NCBI GenBank assembly: GCA_039589295.1
Contig: JBDHHR010000005.1
Coordinates: forward strand, 4,919 to 68,918
Direction: 5' to 3'
From: Gemmatimonadota bacterium
Lineage (GTDB): Bacteria > Gemmatimonadota > Gemmatimonadetes > Palauibacterales > Palauibacteraceae
DNA: 64,000 bases
Shown here: piece after piece, positions 1-9,000 of the stretch
How positions within the stretch are numbered: the stretch's first letter is position 1
Layout of the letters: the number at the start of each line of letters is the position of its first letter
Program-made: the position numbers and the translations under genes
Notes under the pieces: generated by a model
Told to the model about the DNA's origin: nothing
The model's database searches: none
Seen by the model: the letters and a program-made list of their open reading frames with translations, nothing else

Positions 1-571
1 TCCGGGGACCGATGCCTTCCGCGACCCGATTCATCTCTCCTTTGAGCCACTCGGCGGCCTGCGAGAACTCTTCCGACGCGTATTGGCCGATCCAATCCGC
101 GTAGCGCTCGTCGGCTGGCAGTGGAGACGCAGCCAGAGCCCGGGCGACGTAGACGTACCCCCACGCGCACGGGAGGAGCGCTGCCAGCAGGTCTGCCAGA
201 TCGCCGTCCGAGGCCGTGCGGACCAGAAAGTCGGTGTACGCGCGGGTGGTAGGCCACATGGTCTCGTCCTCCAGCTCCTGCGCGGAGATGCCGAAGCGTT
301 GGGCGTACCGGCGATGCAGCTCCATCTCGGTATTCAGCGTGAGGTCCAGGGCGACCGCGAACCAGCTCATGGTCTCGAGTCGATCAGCCTTCGCCGCCCC
401 CCAGGCGAAGATGCGGGAGAACTCGATCAGGTACAGGTAGTCCTGCCGAACCCAGCGCTCGAAGATCGCCGGATCGAGGCTCCCGTCGGAGAGTCCCCTC
501 ACGAACGGATGTGCAAGCTGCGCGTCCCAGATATCGCGGGCCTCGCGATACAACAGGTCCGTGAACTGCAT
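1..571 (-). CDS. TenA/thiaminase-II (heme-oxygenase-like fold) family protein, 3' part cut by window edge
   Basis: The minus-strand ATG (cat at 569-571) opens a reading frame MQFTDLLYREARDIWDAQLAHPFVRGLSDGSLDPAIFERWVRQDYLYLIEFSRIF... The motif pattern HPF..G.L..G.L....F..W..QDY.YL is typical of TenA/THI-4/PqqC-like proteins. It is absent from the ORF track because the + ORF 83..940 is its antisense shadow. The frame runs off the window start. Confidence 0.7.
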   Translation of the reverse strand, partial: MQFTDLLYREARDIWDAQLAHPFVRGLSDGSLDPAIFERWVRQDYLYLIEFSRIFAWGAAKADRLETMSWFAVALDLTLNTEMELHRRYAQRFGISAQELEDETMWPTTRAYTDFLVRTASDGDLADLLAALLPCAWGYVYVARALAASPLPADERYADWIGQYASEEFSQAAEWLKGEMNRVAEGIGPR

Positions 572-572
572 C

Positions 573-1247
573 TCACTCGTCTCCGGCGGCGGATGGAATG
601 CCGGGCCAGTTGTCGCCTGTCATGGCCATCTCCCAGAAGGCGATCTCGTACCGCACGGTCGTTTCGAACGCCTCCACCATCCGGTCCAGCAACTCCGGCC
701 CCGCCTCGGCCGCCAGCCCGTCCAGCTCGGTCTCTAGGTAGGCCACGTAGGCGGAGAACTGCGGGCCGGCCCAGTTCTCGACGAACGGCCACCACGGGGA
801 TGCGCGATCCAGGCCCTGCTTCACGACCTTCCACGAATCGTGATACGCCTTCTCGGCAGCGTACAGAACGGTGTATGCCTCTTCATAGGACGCGTTCTGG
901 GCCGTGGCCAGGAGAAACTGTATGTAAGCATGCGTCGTGAAGGAGGGCTGGGTTCCCTTCAGCCACACGCCGATGGCGGCAGCGCGCTCCTCGAACAGAC
1001 GAAGCTCCCTGATCAGCGCGGCGATGGCCTGGGTCATCGGCTCCCAGTGGCTGGCCGGCCCCTTGGGTATGAGGGCCGCCAGGAACGGAATGGCCGCCTC
1101 GACGAACACGTAGTCCTGGCGCATCCAGCTGGCGAACGTCTCGTGCGGGATCGTCCCGTCGCGCGTTTGTAGCAGGAACGGGTGCTCCAGCATCCGGTCC
1201 CACAGAGGTTCCAGGCGTGCGAGCTGCGTATCGCAGAAACCCATCAT
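573..1247 (-). CDS. TenA/thiaminase-II family protein (second tandem paralog)
   Basis: The 224-aa track ORF contains LEHPFLLQTRDGTIPHETFASWMRQDYVFV, the TenA-family signature. Its stop (573-575) abuts the start of the downstream paralog at 571. Confidence 0.8.
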   Translation of the reverse strand: MMGFCDTQLARLEPLWDRMLEHPFLLQTRDGTIPHETFASWMRQDYVFVEAAIPFLAALIPKGPASHWEPMTQAIAALIRELRLFEERAAAIGVWLKGTQPSFTTHAYIQFLLATAQNASYEEAYTVLYAAEKAYHDSWKVVKQGLDRASPWWPFVENWAGPQFSAYVAYLETELDGLAAEAGPELLDRMVEAFETTVRYEIAFWEMAMTGDNWPGIPSAAGDE

Positions 1248-1295
1248 CAGGCTCCATCTCTTTGGTGTATCCGGAGCGACGAGCTCGGTCGCCTG

Positions 1296-2039
1296 CTAAC
1301 TCACCCGCCGGAAGGAGCGGATATAGTCGCGGTTCAGCATGGCGATGAAGTCCACGCTGATCTCCTTCGGGCAAGCGTTCTCGCAGGCCCCGTGGTTCGT
1401 GCAGTTGCCGAACTTCTCTTCTTCCATCGCCAGAATCATGTTCAGCACTCGATCGTGCCGCTCCGGCTGTCCCTGCGGAAGGAGGTTGAGCTGCGCCACC
1501 TTGGCTGCGGTGAACAACATGGCCGAGGCGTTCGGGCAGGCTGCCACGCAGGCTCCGCAGCCGATGCAGGCGGCGGCGTCCATGGAGCGCTCGGCGTCTT
1601 CCTGGCGTACCGGGATCGCGTTGGCATCCGGCGCGCTGCCCGTGCGAACCGAGATGTAGCCGCCGGCCGCAATGATCCGGTCGAAAGCGCTCCGGTCGAC
1701 AACGAGGTCTCGAACGATCGGGAAGCCCTCCGCCCGCCACGGCTCGATCCAGATCTCGTCGCCTTCCAGATACTCCCTCATATGGAGCTGGCAGGCGCTA
1801 GTTCTCTTCCAAGGCCCGTGGGGCCGTCCGTTTATTACCATCCCGCAGGCGCCGCAGATGCCCTCGCGGCAGTCGGAGTCGAAGGCGATGGGCTCCTCTC
1901 CCTTCTCCTCCAGACCCTCGTTTACGACGTCGAGCATCTCGAGGAAGGACATGTGCTCGTTCGCCTCCGTCTCGTACACCACGAACCGCCCCCGCTCGGA
2001 CGGAGCCGTCTGCCGCCAGACGTGAAGCTTGAGTCTCAT
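1296..2039 (-). CDS. sdhB: Succinate dehydrogenase/fumarate reductase iron-sulfur subunit
   Basis: Three Fe-S cysteine clusters are present: [11 protein letters not shown] (2Fe-2S), [12 protein letters not shown] (4Fe-4S) and [13 protein letters not shown] (3Fe-4S). Length is 247 aa. It is translationally coupled to sdhA (ATGA-type overlap at 2039/2041). Confidence 0.93.
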   Translation of the reverse strand: MRLKLHVWRQTAPSERGRFVVYETEANEHMSFLEMLDVVNEGLEEKGEEPIAFDSDCREGICGACGMVINGRPHGPWKRTSACQLHMREYLEGDEIWIEPWRAEGFPIVRDLVVDRSAFDRIIAAGGYISVRTGSAPDANAIPVRQEDAERSMDAAACIGCGACVAACPNASAMLFTAAKVAQLNLLPQGQPERHDRVLNMILAMEEEKFGNCTNHGACENACPKEISVDFIAMLNRDYIRSFRRVS

Positions 2040-2040
2040 T

Positions 2041-3954
2041 CTACTTGTAGCTCCGCTGAGTCGGAGGAACGTGCTCGAACTCCAGGGGCTCCCGATGCTC
2101 CCGCGGCGTACTGTCGGGCCCCGTGTACTCCCACACCGTAGCGTGCATGAAGCCCTCGTCGTCGCGCTGCGCCTCCCCTTCCGGTGTCTGGTGTTCCTCC
2201 CGGAAGTGGCCGCCGCTCGACTCCTCGCGGATCAGCGCGTCGAGGCACATCAGCTCGCCGAGTTCCAGGAAGTCGGCCACCCGACCGGCTCGCTCGAGGT
2301 TCTGGTTGAGCGATCCGCCGTCGCCGACGACCGTGGCGTTCTCCCAGAATTCCTCCCGCAGGGGCGGGATCTCGTCCAGCGCTTGCCGCAACCCGGTCGC
2401 GTTACGGGACATGCCGCAGTGGTGCCACATGATCCGCCCCAACTCGCGGTGGATCGAATCGACAGTTCGCCCTCCATTCAAAGCAAGAAGCCTCTCGATC
2501 CGACCTTCGACGTCCTCCACGGCGCCTCTTACTTCGACGTGGTCTTCGGGGATCTCGTCCAGCTTCGCCTGGGCCAGGTAGTCGGCGATAGTGTACGGGA
2601 GGACGAAGTACCCGTCCGCGAGGCCCTGCATCAGGGCACTGGCGCCGAGGCGGTTGGCTCCGTGATCGGAGAAGTTCGCCTCGCCGATTGCGTACAGGCC
2701 CGGAACGGTGGTCATCAGATTGTAGTCCACCCACAGGCCGCCCATCGTGTAGTGAGGTGCCGGATAGATGCGCATCGGGACCCGGTAGGGATCATCCCCC
2801 GTGATCCGCTCGTACATCTCGAACAGGTTGCCGTACCGGGTTTCGATCACGTCCTTGCCCAGGCGGCGAATGGCGTCGGCGAAGTCGAGGTAGACTCCCA
2901 ATGCGGACTCGCCCACGCCTCTTCCCTCGTCGGCCATGTCCTTGGCGCGACGTGAGGCGAGGTCGCGAGGAACGAGGTTTCCGAACGCCGGGTACATGCG
3001 CTCCAGATAGTAGTCCCGCTCCTCATCAGGGATCTCCCCAGCCGGTCGCGCGTCGCCGACCTCTCTCGGCACCCAGATGCGTCCGTCGTTCCTCAGCGAC
3101 TCGCTCATCAGGGTGAGCTTCGACTGAAAGTCACCGGCCACCGGGATACAGGTGGGGTGGATCTGGGTGAAGCACGGATTGGCGAAGCCGGCGCCCCGTT
3201 TGTACGCCCTCCACACAGCGGTCACGTTGCACTTCATCGCGTTGGTGGACAGAAAGAAGACCCTCGAGTACCCTCCGGTCCCAAGGGCCACCGCATCCGC
3301 CAGGTGGGTCTCTATCTTCCCCGTCTCGAGGTCGCGCGTCACTATCCCGCGGGCCTGACCGTCCACCACCACCACATCCAGCATCTCGTGCTGGCTGTAC
3401 AGCTTCACCCCGCCCTCATGGACCTGCCGCATGAGGGCTTGGTATGCCCCCAGCAGTAGCTGCTGGCCCGTCTGTCCCCGTGCGTAGAAAGTGCGGGAGA
3501 CCTGAGCGCCACCGAACGATCGGTTGGCCAGCAGGCCTCCGTACTCGCGCGCGAACGGCACGCCCTGGGCAACGCACTGGTCGATGATCGCGAGGCTGAT
3601 CTCCGACAACCGGTACACGTTCGCCTCGCGCGCCCGAAAGTCGCCGCCCTTCACCGTGTCGTAGAACAGGCGGAAGACGCTGTCACCGTCTCCCTGGTAG
3701 TTTTTTGCGGCGTTGATCCCGCCCTGTGCGGCGATGCTGTGAGCTCTTCTCGGGCTGTCATGGTATGTGAAACAGCTCACGTCGTAGCCGAGCTCGCCCA
3801 GGGTGGCGGCCGCGGACGCTCCCGCGAGGCCCGAGCCGACCACGATGACGTTGTATTTCCTCTTGTTCGCGGGGTTCACCAGCTTCATCTCGAAGCGGTG
3901 CTGCTCCCACTTTCCCTCTATCGGGCCGGAGGGGATCTTCGAGCGCAGCTCCAT
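2041..3954 (-). CDS. sdhA: Succinate dehydrogenase flavoprotein subunit
   Basis: An N-terminal FAD-binding Rossmann motif [14 protein letters not shown] is present, along with [12 protein letters not shown] (the covalent-FAD His region) and the fumarate reductase/SDH C-terminal domain. The start was placed at the internal ATG (cat 3952-3954, [10 protein letters not shown]...). The 168-codon upstream extension in the track ORF overlaps sdhC and has Pro/Arg-rich non-protein-like composition. Confidence 0.93.
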   Translation of the reverse strand: MELRSKIPSGPIEGKWEQHRFEMKLVNPANKRKYNVIVVGSGLAGASAAATLGELGYDVSCFTYHDSPRRAHSIAAQGGINAAKNYQGDGDSVFRLFYDTVKGGDFRAREANVYRLSEISLAIIDQCVAQGVPFAREYGGLLANRSFGGAQVSRTFYARGQTGQQLLLGAYQALMRQVHEGGVKLYSQHEMLDVVVVDGQARGIVTRDLETGKIETHLADAVALGTGGYSRVFFLSTNAMKCNVTAVWRAYKRGAGFANPCFTQIHPTCIPVAGDFQSKLTLMSESLRNDGRIWVPREVGDARPAGEIPDEERDYYLERMYPAFGNLVPRDLASRRAKDMADEGRGVGESALGVYLDFADAIRRLGKDVIETRYGNLFEMYERITGDDPYRVPMRIYPAPHYTMGGLWVDYNLMTTVPGLYAIGEANFSDHGANRLGASALMQGLADGYFVLPYTIADYLAQAKLDEIPEDHVEVRGAVEDVEGRIERLLALNGGRTVDSIHRELGRIMWHHCGMSRNATGLRQALDEIPPLREEFWENATVVGDGGSLNQNLERAGRVADFLELGELMCLDALIREESSGGHFREEHQTPEGEAQRDDEGFMHATVWEYTGPDSTPREHREPLEFEHVPPTQRSYK

Positions 3955-3968
3955 GTCTCCCTCCCTTA

Positions 3969-4658
3969 TCACTGGACAATCCCGCTGAGCACCGCCACCG
4001 GGAAGGACAGATTCCCCACCAGGACCACCAGGGCGATCCCGAGCGCGATCGACCGTCGTAACCGGTCTCCCGGTGAGCCCTCCCATCCGAGCGTGTGAAA
4101 GGCGCTCCAGGTTCCGTGGTACAGGTGGAAACCGAGGGCGATCATGGCGGCCGTGTACGCGACGGATACCGGCAGTACCTGGAAACCGGCTACGAAGTTG
4201 TGATACGCGTCGCCCGGTACGAAATCGGGGTGCAGGGTGCCGGTGGTGAGGTGGAGGATGTGGTAGGTCAGGAACAGGAGCAGCACCACCCCTCCCCACC
4301 GCATCGTCCGCGAGGCATAGTGGAACTCCAGGTGCTCTCGCTTCCTGTACTTCGACCCGTACACCGAGCCTCGCGCCGTCCAGCTCATGACGCTGAGCTG
4401 GTACGCGAAGTAGACGTGGAGGACGAGGGCGAGGATAAGGACGATGCGGGCGATCCACAGGAACTGGCCGTGCCCGAGAAAGGGGGCGCCGAACTCGCGC
4501 AGACCTTCCGCGTAATGGTTAAATGTCTCGCGCCCCAGGTATACCTTCAAATTGCCCAGCATGTGGGCGATGACATACAGGACGAAGAGCGCCCCCGAGA
4601 CGGCCATCGCGACTTTCTTGCCGACCGAGGTGCTGAAGAGGGAGTAAACCCGTCTCAT
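3969..4658 (-). CDS. sdhC: Succinate dehydrogenase cytochrome b558 membrane anchor (single-subunit anchor)
   Basis: A 229-aa polytopic membrane protein with spaced His residues in TM helices (HMLGN, HVYFAY, HLYHGTW). It sits upstream of sdhA and sdhB on the same strand. A GAGGAG RBS lies upstream of the ATG at 4658. Confidence 0.85.
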   Translation of the reverse strand: MRRVYSLFSTSVGKKVAMAVSGALFVLYVIAHMLGNLKVYLGRETFNHYAEGLREFGAPFLGHGQFLWIARIVLILALVLHVYFAYQLSVMSWTARGSVYGSKYRKREHLEFHYASRTMRWGGVVLLLFLTYHILHLTTGTLHPDFVPGDAYHNFVAGFQVLPVSVAYTAAMIALGFHLYHGTWSAFHTLGWEGSPGDRLRRSIALGIALVVLVGNLSFPVAVLSGIVQ

Positions 4659-4707
4659 AGGTCACTCCTCTGAATCGCGAGGTTCAGGTCAGTATAGATA
4701 ACAGCTC

Positions 4708-4736
4708 ATCATATAGCGGTATAGAAACCGGTACAA
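4708..4736 (-). promoter_or_regulatory. Sigma-70-like promoter for sdhCAB (-35 TTGTAC, 17-nt spacer, -10 TATGAT on the minus strand)
   Basis: The reverse complement of 4708-4736 reads TTGTACcggtttctataccgctaTATGAT. It lies in a locally AT-richer 150-bp intergenic stretch, about 50 nt upstream of the sdhC RBS/ATG. Confidence 0.5.
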
Positions 4737-4810
4737 GCCGTGGGAGAAGGTCCCCTGGACACCTCTGTTCGCAGCCCAGCAAGCGCCGAAAACAGGGCCG
4801 ACGCCGCGGA

Positions 4811-5194
4811 TCAGGTCTCCCAGTAGCGCGCCTTGTGCGGAAGGATTCCGCGCAGCCCTCCGGTCGGATCCGGTACGTCGCCCAGGTGACGCGGGATGAT
4901 GTGAACATGGGCATGCAGAATCGTTTGACCCGCGGCGACGCCGTCGTTGATTCCCACCGTGAAGGAGTCAGGACCGTAGCGGCGGCGAAGACGCTCCCTG
5001 ACCACCGCCACGAGCTGCCAGACGGCCTCCCGCTCCTCGCTGGAAAGGTCGAAGATGCTGGCTACGTGGCGCCGCGGCAGGACGAGCGAGTGGCCCTCCG
5101 CCGCGGGGTACATGTCGTGGGTGGCCCAGGCCAGGTCGGCGTCGATCCAGACGCGGTCGGACGGCGCTGTGCAGAATGGGCAGTCGGCGTCCAT
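4811..5194 (-). CDS. HIT-family (histidine triad) nucleotide hydrolase/transferase
   Basis: A 127-aa protein with the canonical HAHVHIIPR histidine-triad motif near the C-terminus. Confidence 0.88.
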   Translation of the reverse strand: MDADCPFCTAPSDRVWIDADLAWATHDMYPAAEGHSLVLPRRHVASIFDLSSEEREAVWQLVAVVRERLRRRYGPDSFTVGINDGVAAGQTILHAHVHIIPRHLGDVPDPTGGLRGILPHKARYWET

Positions 5195-5258
5195 CGAGCT
5201 CCTCGGGGGTTGGCTGAACGAAAGATAGCGCGAGGGATCTCACCGGGCACCCGGGAGA

Positions 5259-5305
5259 GCTTGGTCCGGTGTGGACTCTTGTCCGGTGTGGGCTCTTGTC
5301 CGGCG
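5259..5305. repeat. Imperfect tandem direct repeat (~16-nt unit CTCTTGTCCGGTGTGG, ~2.5 copies) in the HIT/LOG divergent intergenic region
   Basis: The sequence reads cttggtccggtgtggactcttgtccggtgtgggctcttgtccggcg directly. Confidence 0.5.
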
Positions 5306-5339
5306 AGCTTCTGTACGTCGCGGCCTGAGTGAGCTAGAT

Positions 5340-5369
5340 CTGTGGGTGAAGATCGGAGATGACCCACAG
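5340..5369 (+). promoter_or_regulatory. 8-bp inverted repeat CTGTGGGT-N14-ACCCACAG immediately 5' of the LOG RBS; candidate operator or 5'-UTR hairpin
   Basis: The sequence reads ctgtgggtgaagatcggagatgacccacag. The right arm overlaps the AGGAGG Shine-Dalgarno (5368-5373), which sits 13 nt upstream of the ATG at 5387. Confidence 0.4.
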
Positions 5370-5386
5370 GAGGTTTCCAGCGAAAG

Positions 5387-6163
5387 ATGGACGAGTCAGG
5401 CACGCCCCCGGACCAGACGACCAGCATAGTAAGCGGCCACGGCAAGCAGGGAGCGCTGAGAATAGCGACGCCCGCGCTCTCGCAGGAGGATTCACGCCGG
5501 ATGTACAAGGCGATGGAACGGTCACTCAGGGAGCTGTGGGGAGTCGTTGATGGACTGGCGGCGGTGATGCCCCCCCGCCCTACGTACTACCGGGTGACGG
5601 TCTTCGGCTCCTCGCGCATGCATGCCGGTGACGAGCTCTACTCGGAGGTCCGCCGGCTGGCGCAGGAGCTGGCATCCATGGGTTGTGATATCATCACCGG
5701 AGGCGGCCCGGGGCTCATGCAGGCGGCCAACGAGGGAGAGAAGGTCGGTGATGTCCAGAACCGCACGTACTCCATCGGCCTCAACGTGGATCTGCCCCAC
5801 GAACAGGGCGCGAACCCCTTTGTCGAGAAACTGTACCATCACGGGACATTCTTCTCGCGGCTCCACCACTTCGTGCAGCTCTCGAGCGCGTTCGTGGTGA
5901 TGCGAGGCGGAATCGGCACCTCGCTCGAGGCGCTCATGGTGTGGCAGCTTTGTCAGGTCGGTCACCTGCAGAGACGCCCACTCATCATGGTCGGCGGGAT
6001 GTGGCGAGAGCTGGTGGAGTGGGGCAGGCAGCACTGGATCGGCGATGGGGCGAGCCTCGCCAATCCGGAGGACCTTGACATTCCGGTGTGCGTGGACACG
6101 GTCGACCAAGCCGTCAGTGTCATTCGCCGCAACCTGGACGAGTGGGCTATCGAGGGCGCCTGA
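5387..6163 (+). CDS. LOG family protein (cytokinin riboside 5'-monophosphate phosphoribohydrolase-like / TIGR00730 Rossmann protein)
   Basis: Motifs GGGPGLMQAANEG and MRGGIGTSLEAL (the PGGxGTxxE LOG signature) are present. An AGGAGG RBS lies upstream. Length is 258 aa. Confidence 0.85.
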   Translation: MDESGTPPDQTTSIVSGHGKQGALRIATPALSQEDSRRMYKAMERSLRELWGVVDGLAAVMPPRPTYYRVTVFGSSRMHAGDELYSEVRRLAQELASMGCDIITGGGPGLMQAANEGEKVGDVQNRTYSIGLNVDLPHEQGANPFVEKLYHHGTFFSRLHHFVQLSSAFVVMRGGIGTSLEALMVWQLCQVGHLQRRPLIMVGGMWRELVEWGRQHWIGDGASLANPEDLDIPVCVDTVDQAVSVIRRNLDEWAIEGA

Positions 6164-6180
6164 TGAGCGCTGTGAGGTAG

Positions 6181-7584
6181 CTAGAGCTCGAAAGTCTGCC
6201 CCCGCTCCGGTACTACCACCTCGGCCGTTCCGCCCCGCCGGAGGCCGGCTGCGAGAGTCCGTGCGCTGCTCTCCTCGCCGTGCACTATGAAGAAGCGCTG
6301 CACCCGCCCCGCCCGGCGAGTCCGCTCCGCCCACTCCGTGAGTCCCCGGCGGTCGGCGTGGGCGCTGTAGCTGTCGGCCCGCTCGACGCGCGCCCGGACA
6401 TGTACTTCACCCCCGAGGATCGAGACGGGATTCCTCCCTTCGATGAGCCGGCGCCCCAACGTGTGCTGGGCCTGGTACCCCACGAAGAGAACGGTTGTCG
6501 ACGGTTTCCCCAAGTGGTTCCGGAGGTGATGGAGAATCCGTCCCGCCTCGCACATGCCCGAAGCGCTTACGATGACGGCCGGGCCCCGCCTGGTGTTGAG
6601 CGCCTTCGACTCCTCCACTCGTCTTACATACTTGAGGCGCGTGAACCCCAGGGGATCCCCGTCGGAATCCGTCTCCAGCGTCTCGATCATCTCCTCGTCG
6701 AAGCACTCGGGGTGTTTGCCGTACACGTCGGTGATGTTTATCGCCAGGGGGCTGTCCACGAACACGTCGATCGGCGGAAGGCTGCCTTCCTCCCAGAGCT
6801 GGTTCAGGCGGTACACTACCTCCTGCGTTCGCCCGAGCGCGAAGGCGGGGATCAGCAGTTTCCCTCCGGACTCGTAGGTGGAGATGGCACAATCCCGAAG
6901 GTACTCTCGGGCCTTGCTGGCCGGGGCATGGTCCCGGTCCCCGTACGTGCTCTCCATTATGACGAAGTCGGCGCCATCCGCTATCTCCGGATCGCGCAGG
7001 ATCGGAAGGCCCCTCCGACCGATATCTCCGCTGAACACCAGCCGACGAGTGCGGCCAGCCTCTCCGATGTCCAGCACCACCGATGCCGACCCCAGGATAT
7101 GACCGGCATCGCGAAAGTGCGCGCGAACGCCGGGTATCGGTTCGAAGGCCCGACGATAGTCCACGGCTCGGAAGCGGCGAAGCGCCTTGCGCGCATCGCC
7201 GATGAGGTACAGCGGCTCGAAAGACCGTTTCCCCTGTCTGCGGCGACGGCGGTTCACGTACCGGACGTCCGCCTTCTGGATATGAGCCGCGTCCACCAGC
7301 ATGTGCAAGCACAGATCGCGAGTCGCCGAGGTCGCGTAGATCCGTCCACGGAATCCGCTCTTCACCAGGGTGGGCAGGTTGCCGGCATGGTCGATATGAG
7401 CGTGTGAGAGGATCACCGCATCGATCCGGCCGGCGTCGAACGGAAGGGTCCGATTGCGCTCGAACGCTTGTTTGCGTCGGCCCTGATATAGGCCGCAGTC
7501 CAGCAGGAGCTGGCGGCCGCCGACCCGAAGCAGGTGCATCGAGCCCGTGACTTCGCGCGCCGCCCCCCAGAACTCCAGCTGCAT
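6181..7584 (-). CDS. MBL-fold / beta-CASP metallo-hydrolase (RNA-metabolising RNase J/CPSF-like)
   Basis: The HxHxDH motif (LSHAHIDHAGNLP) is present, and the beta-CASP C-terminal region carries conserved His. The start was placed at the internal ATG (cat 7582-7584, MQLEFWGAAREVTGSMHLL) with a GGGAGGA RBS. The overlapping 466-aa ORF 6407..7807 is an Arg/Pro-rich shadow. Confidence 0.85.
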   Translation of the reverse strand: MQLEFWGAAREVTGSMHLLRVGGRQLLLDCGLYQGRRKQAFERNRTLPFDAGRIDAVILSHAHIDHAGNLPTLVKSGFRGRIYATSATRDLCLHMLVDAAHIQKADVRYVNRRRRRQGKRSFEPLYLIGDARKALRRFRAVDYRRAFEPIPGVRAHFRDAGHILGSASVVLDIGEAGRTRRLVFSGDIGRRGLPILRDPEIADGADFVIMESTYGDRDHAPASKAREYLRDCAISTYESGGKLLIPAFALGRTQEVVYRLNQLWEEGSLPPIDVFVDSPLAINITDVYGKHPECFDEEMIETLETDSDGDPLGFTRLKYVRRVEESKALNTRRGPAVIVSASGMCEAGRILHHLRNHLGKPSTTVLFVGYQAQHTLGRRLIEGRNPVSILGGEVHVRARVERADSYSAHADRRGLTEWAERTRRAGRVQRFFIVHGEESSARTLAAGLRRGGTAEVVVPERGQTFEL

Positions 7585-7653
7585 ACGATTCCTCCCTCGG
7601 TGCCGCGGGCGGCTCTCGGCGACCACGACGGCCCGCACGTGTGCGCGTGGGTG

Positions 7654-8862
7654 CTAGCCCCGGGCGTCGCCCCCCGCGGACCACGGCTCGGCTGACACGG
7701 AACGCGCCGCCGCGTTGGCCGCCAGTTTCGCCTTGACGTCGCGCGTCTCCCGGATAACGACCGTTTCCGCCAGCTTGTCCTCCAGGCACTGACGGTTCCG
7801 GTCCCACAGAATCCGGAGGAATCCCTCGAGGCCAGTGAACAGCGAGGCCGCGTAGCCTCCGAAACGCTCGAACGCGACCCAGTAGCTGATCGGACTCCCG
7901 TCCAGGCGCAGGACGCGGATCCCCAACAGCCGCTTGCCGGGAGTCCGCCCCCGAAACAGACCGGTCAGCAACGTGAAGTAGAGTCCCGACCAGCCGATTC
8001 CGAGGCCAAGCTCGTCCAGGAAGCCCAGGATCGTCTGCAGAATCCCCTTGTTGCGCTCCTCCTCCAGTGCCTGCTCGGTACGCTGCAGCTCCGCCACCAG
8101 CCCTTCGTTGCGGGTCGTCAGCCGAATGATCCGGTCCTCCCGCTCCGCCATCTCGTCCCTTGCAAGTCGCACCCCGAGGGTCGGGCCAAGCCCCGCCTCC
8201 GCTGCGCTGTCGCCCGCTAATCGAGCGGCGTTGTAGGCCGACAGAAGAGAGTCGAGTTGCATGGGGACCGGCGCGGCGGCTGCCGTGTCGGCCGCCACGA
8301 TCGCCCGCCGGATGGCGCGGGTGACCGACTCGTCTCCGCTCTCCGTCGCGTCGTCAAGGACGGCCCTCATCTGCTCGGCCGAGATTCCCTGGTCGGCCAG
8401 GCGTCCAACCATCCGCTCGGCCGCCGCGGCCGCTTCGGCGGAATCCGCTGCTCCAAGCAACGCCGTGAAGTCGGATATGCCGCCCAGAGTGACGGCAACC
8501 CCCTGCCCTCCAGCTCCGCCGGTCTCGAAGAGCACCGTCTCCTCATTCATCACGGTCGAGGCCCAGAACACGGTGATGCTCACGAACAGGATCGTCGCGC
8601 CCAAGCAGCCCAGCGTGCCCCGGGCCAGCTTGCTGGTGACATTCGCCTTGCGTCCGCGAAAGGCGATCCAGAAAAGGAAGACGCTGGCAACGACGGCGAA
8701 AAGGATGCCGCGAGCGTTGGCCAGAAGTCCGATGGCGGCGAGGTCGATGAGCATGGCGGCGGCGCGGCGCCATGGCCTCGCCAGCGGCAGTCCGAGGAGG
8801 TCCGGAGCTACCGAGAAGGCGTCCGGTGTGATCGAGTCGCGCGGGTCGTTTCCTCTCGCCAT
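7654..8862 (-). CDS. RDD-family membrane protein with a long internal coiled-coil/Ala-rich insertion
   Basis: An N-terminal RDD-domain start (RRAAAMLIDLAAIGLL) and a C-terminal RDD end (GKRLLGIRVLRLDGSPISYWVAFERFGGYAASL...QCLEDKLAETVVIRE) are separated by ~250 aa of Ala/Glu-rich predicted helix. The start is approximate: M41 is used, but the track ORF extends to 8982. Confidence 0.6.
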   Translation of the reverse strand: MARGNDPRDSITPDAFSVAPDLLGLPLARPWRRAAAMLIDLAAIGLLANARGILFAVVASVFLFWIAFRGRKANVTSKLARGTLGCLGATILFVSITVFWASTVMNEETVLFETGGAGGQGVAVTLGGISDFTALLGAADSAEAAAAAERMVGRLADQGISAEQMRAVLDDATESGDESVTRAIRRAIVAADTAAAAPVPMQLDSLLSAYNAARLAGDSAAEAGLGPTLGVRLARDEMAEREDRIIRLTTRNEGLVAELQRTEQALEEERNKGILQTILGFLDELGLGIGWSGLYFTLLTGLFRGRTPGKRLLGIRVLRLDGSPISYWVAFERFGGYAASLFTGLEGFLRILWDRNRQCLEDKLAETVVIRETRDVKAKLAANAAARSVSAEPWSAGGDARG

Positions 8863-9000
8863 GCGGAGATACTCGGCTCCGCGGTCTGCGCTGGCAACAG
8901 CGACAGGGGCGTTAACGCCGCTGTGACACACACCCGAGCGACAGGCGGGCGGCCGGTCACTCCCGGCCGCCCGCCCCGGCATACAATGCCTGTGGCTCCG

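Noticed and set aside
83-940. 285-aa + strand ORF at the window start
   Set aside because: It is antisense to two well-supported TenA-family genes. Its product is Arg/Pro/Gly-rich low-complexity, typical of high-GC shadow frames.
1248-1295. TPP riboswitch upstream of the TenA genes
   Set aside because: The space is only 48 nt and lacks the CUGAGA / ACCUGAUCUGGAUAAUGCCAGCG core. The TenA paralogs appear to be transcribed with sdhCAB instead.
2041-4458. 805-aa version of sdhA from the ORF track
   Set aside because: The first 168 codons overlap sdhC and are Pro/Arg/His-rich. The flavoprotein begins at the internal ATG, which gives the expected FAD-binding N-terminus.
4684-4914. 76-aa minus-strand ORF between sdhC and the HIT gene
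   Set aside because: It overlaps the HIT-family gene in a different frame and spans the sdhC promoter region, with no RBS and no homolog-like features.
6407-7807. 466-aa minus-strand ORF overlapping the beta-CASP gene in another frame
   Set aside because: Its composition is Arg/Pro/Gly-dominated and it overlaps a strongly supported gene on the same strand. It is a shadow ORF.
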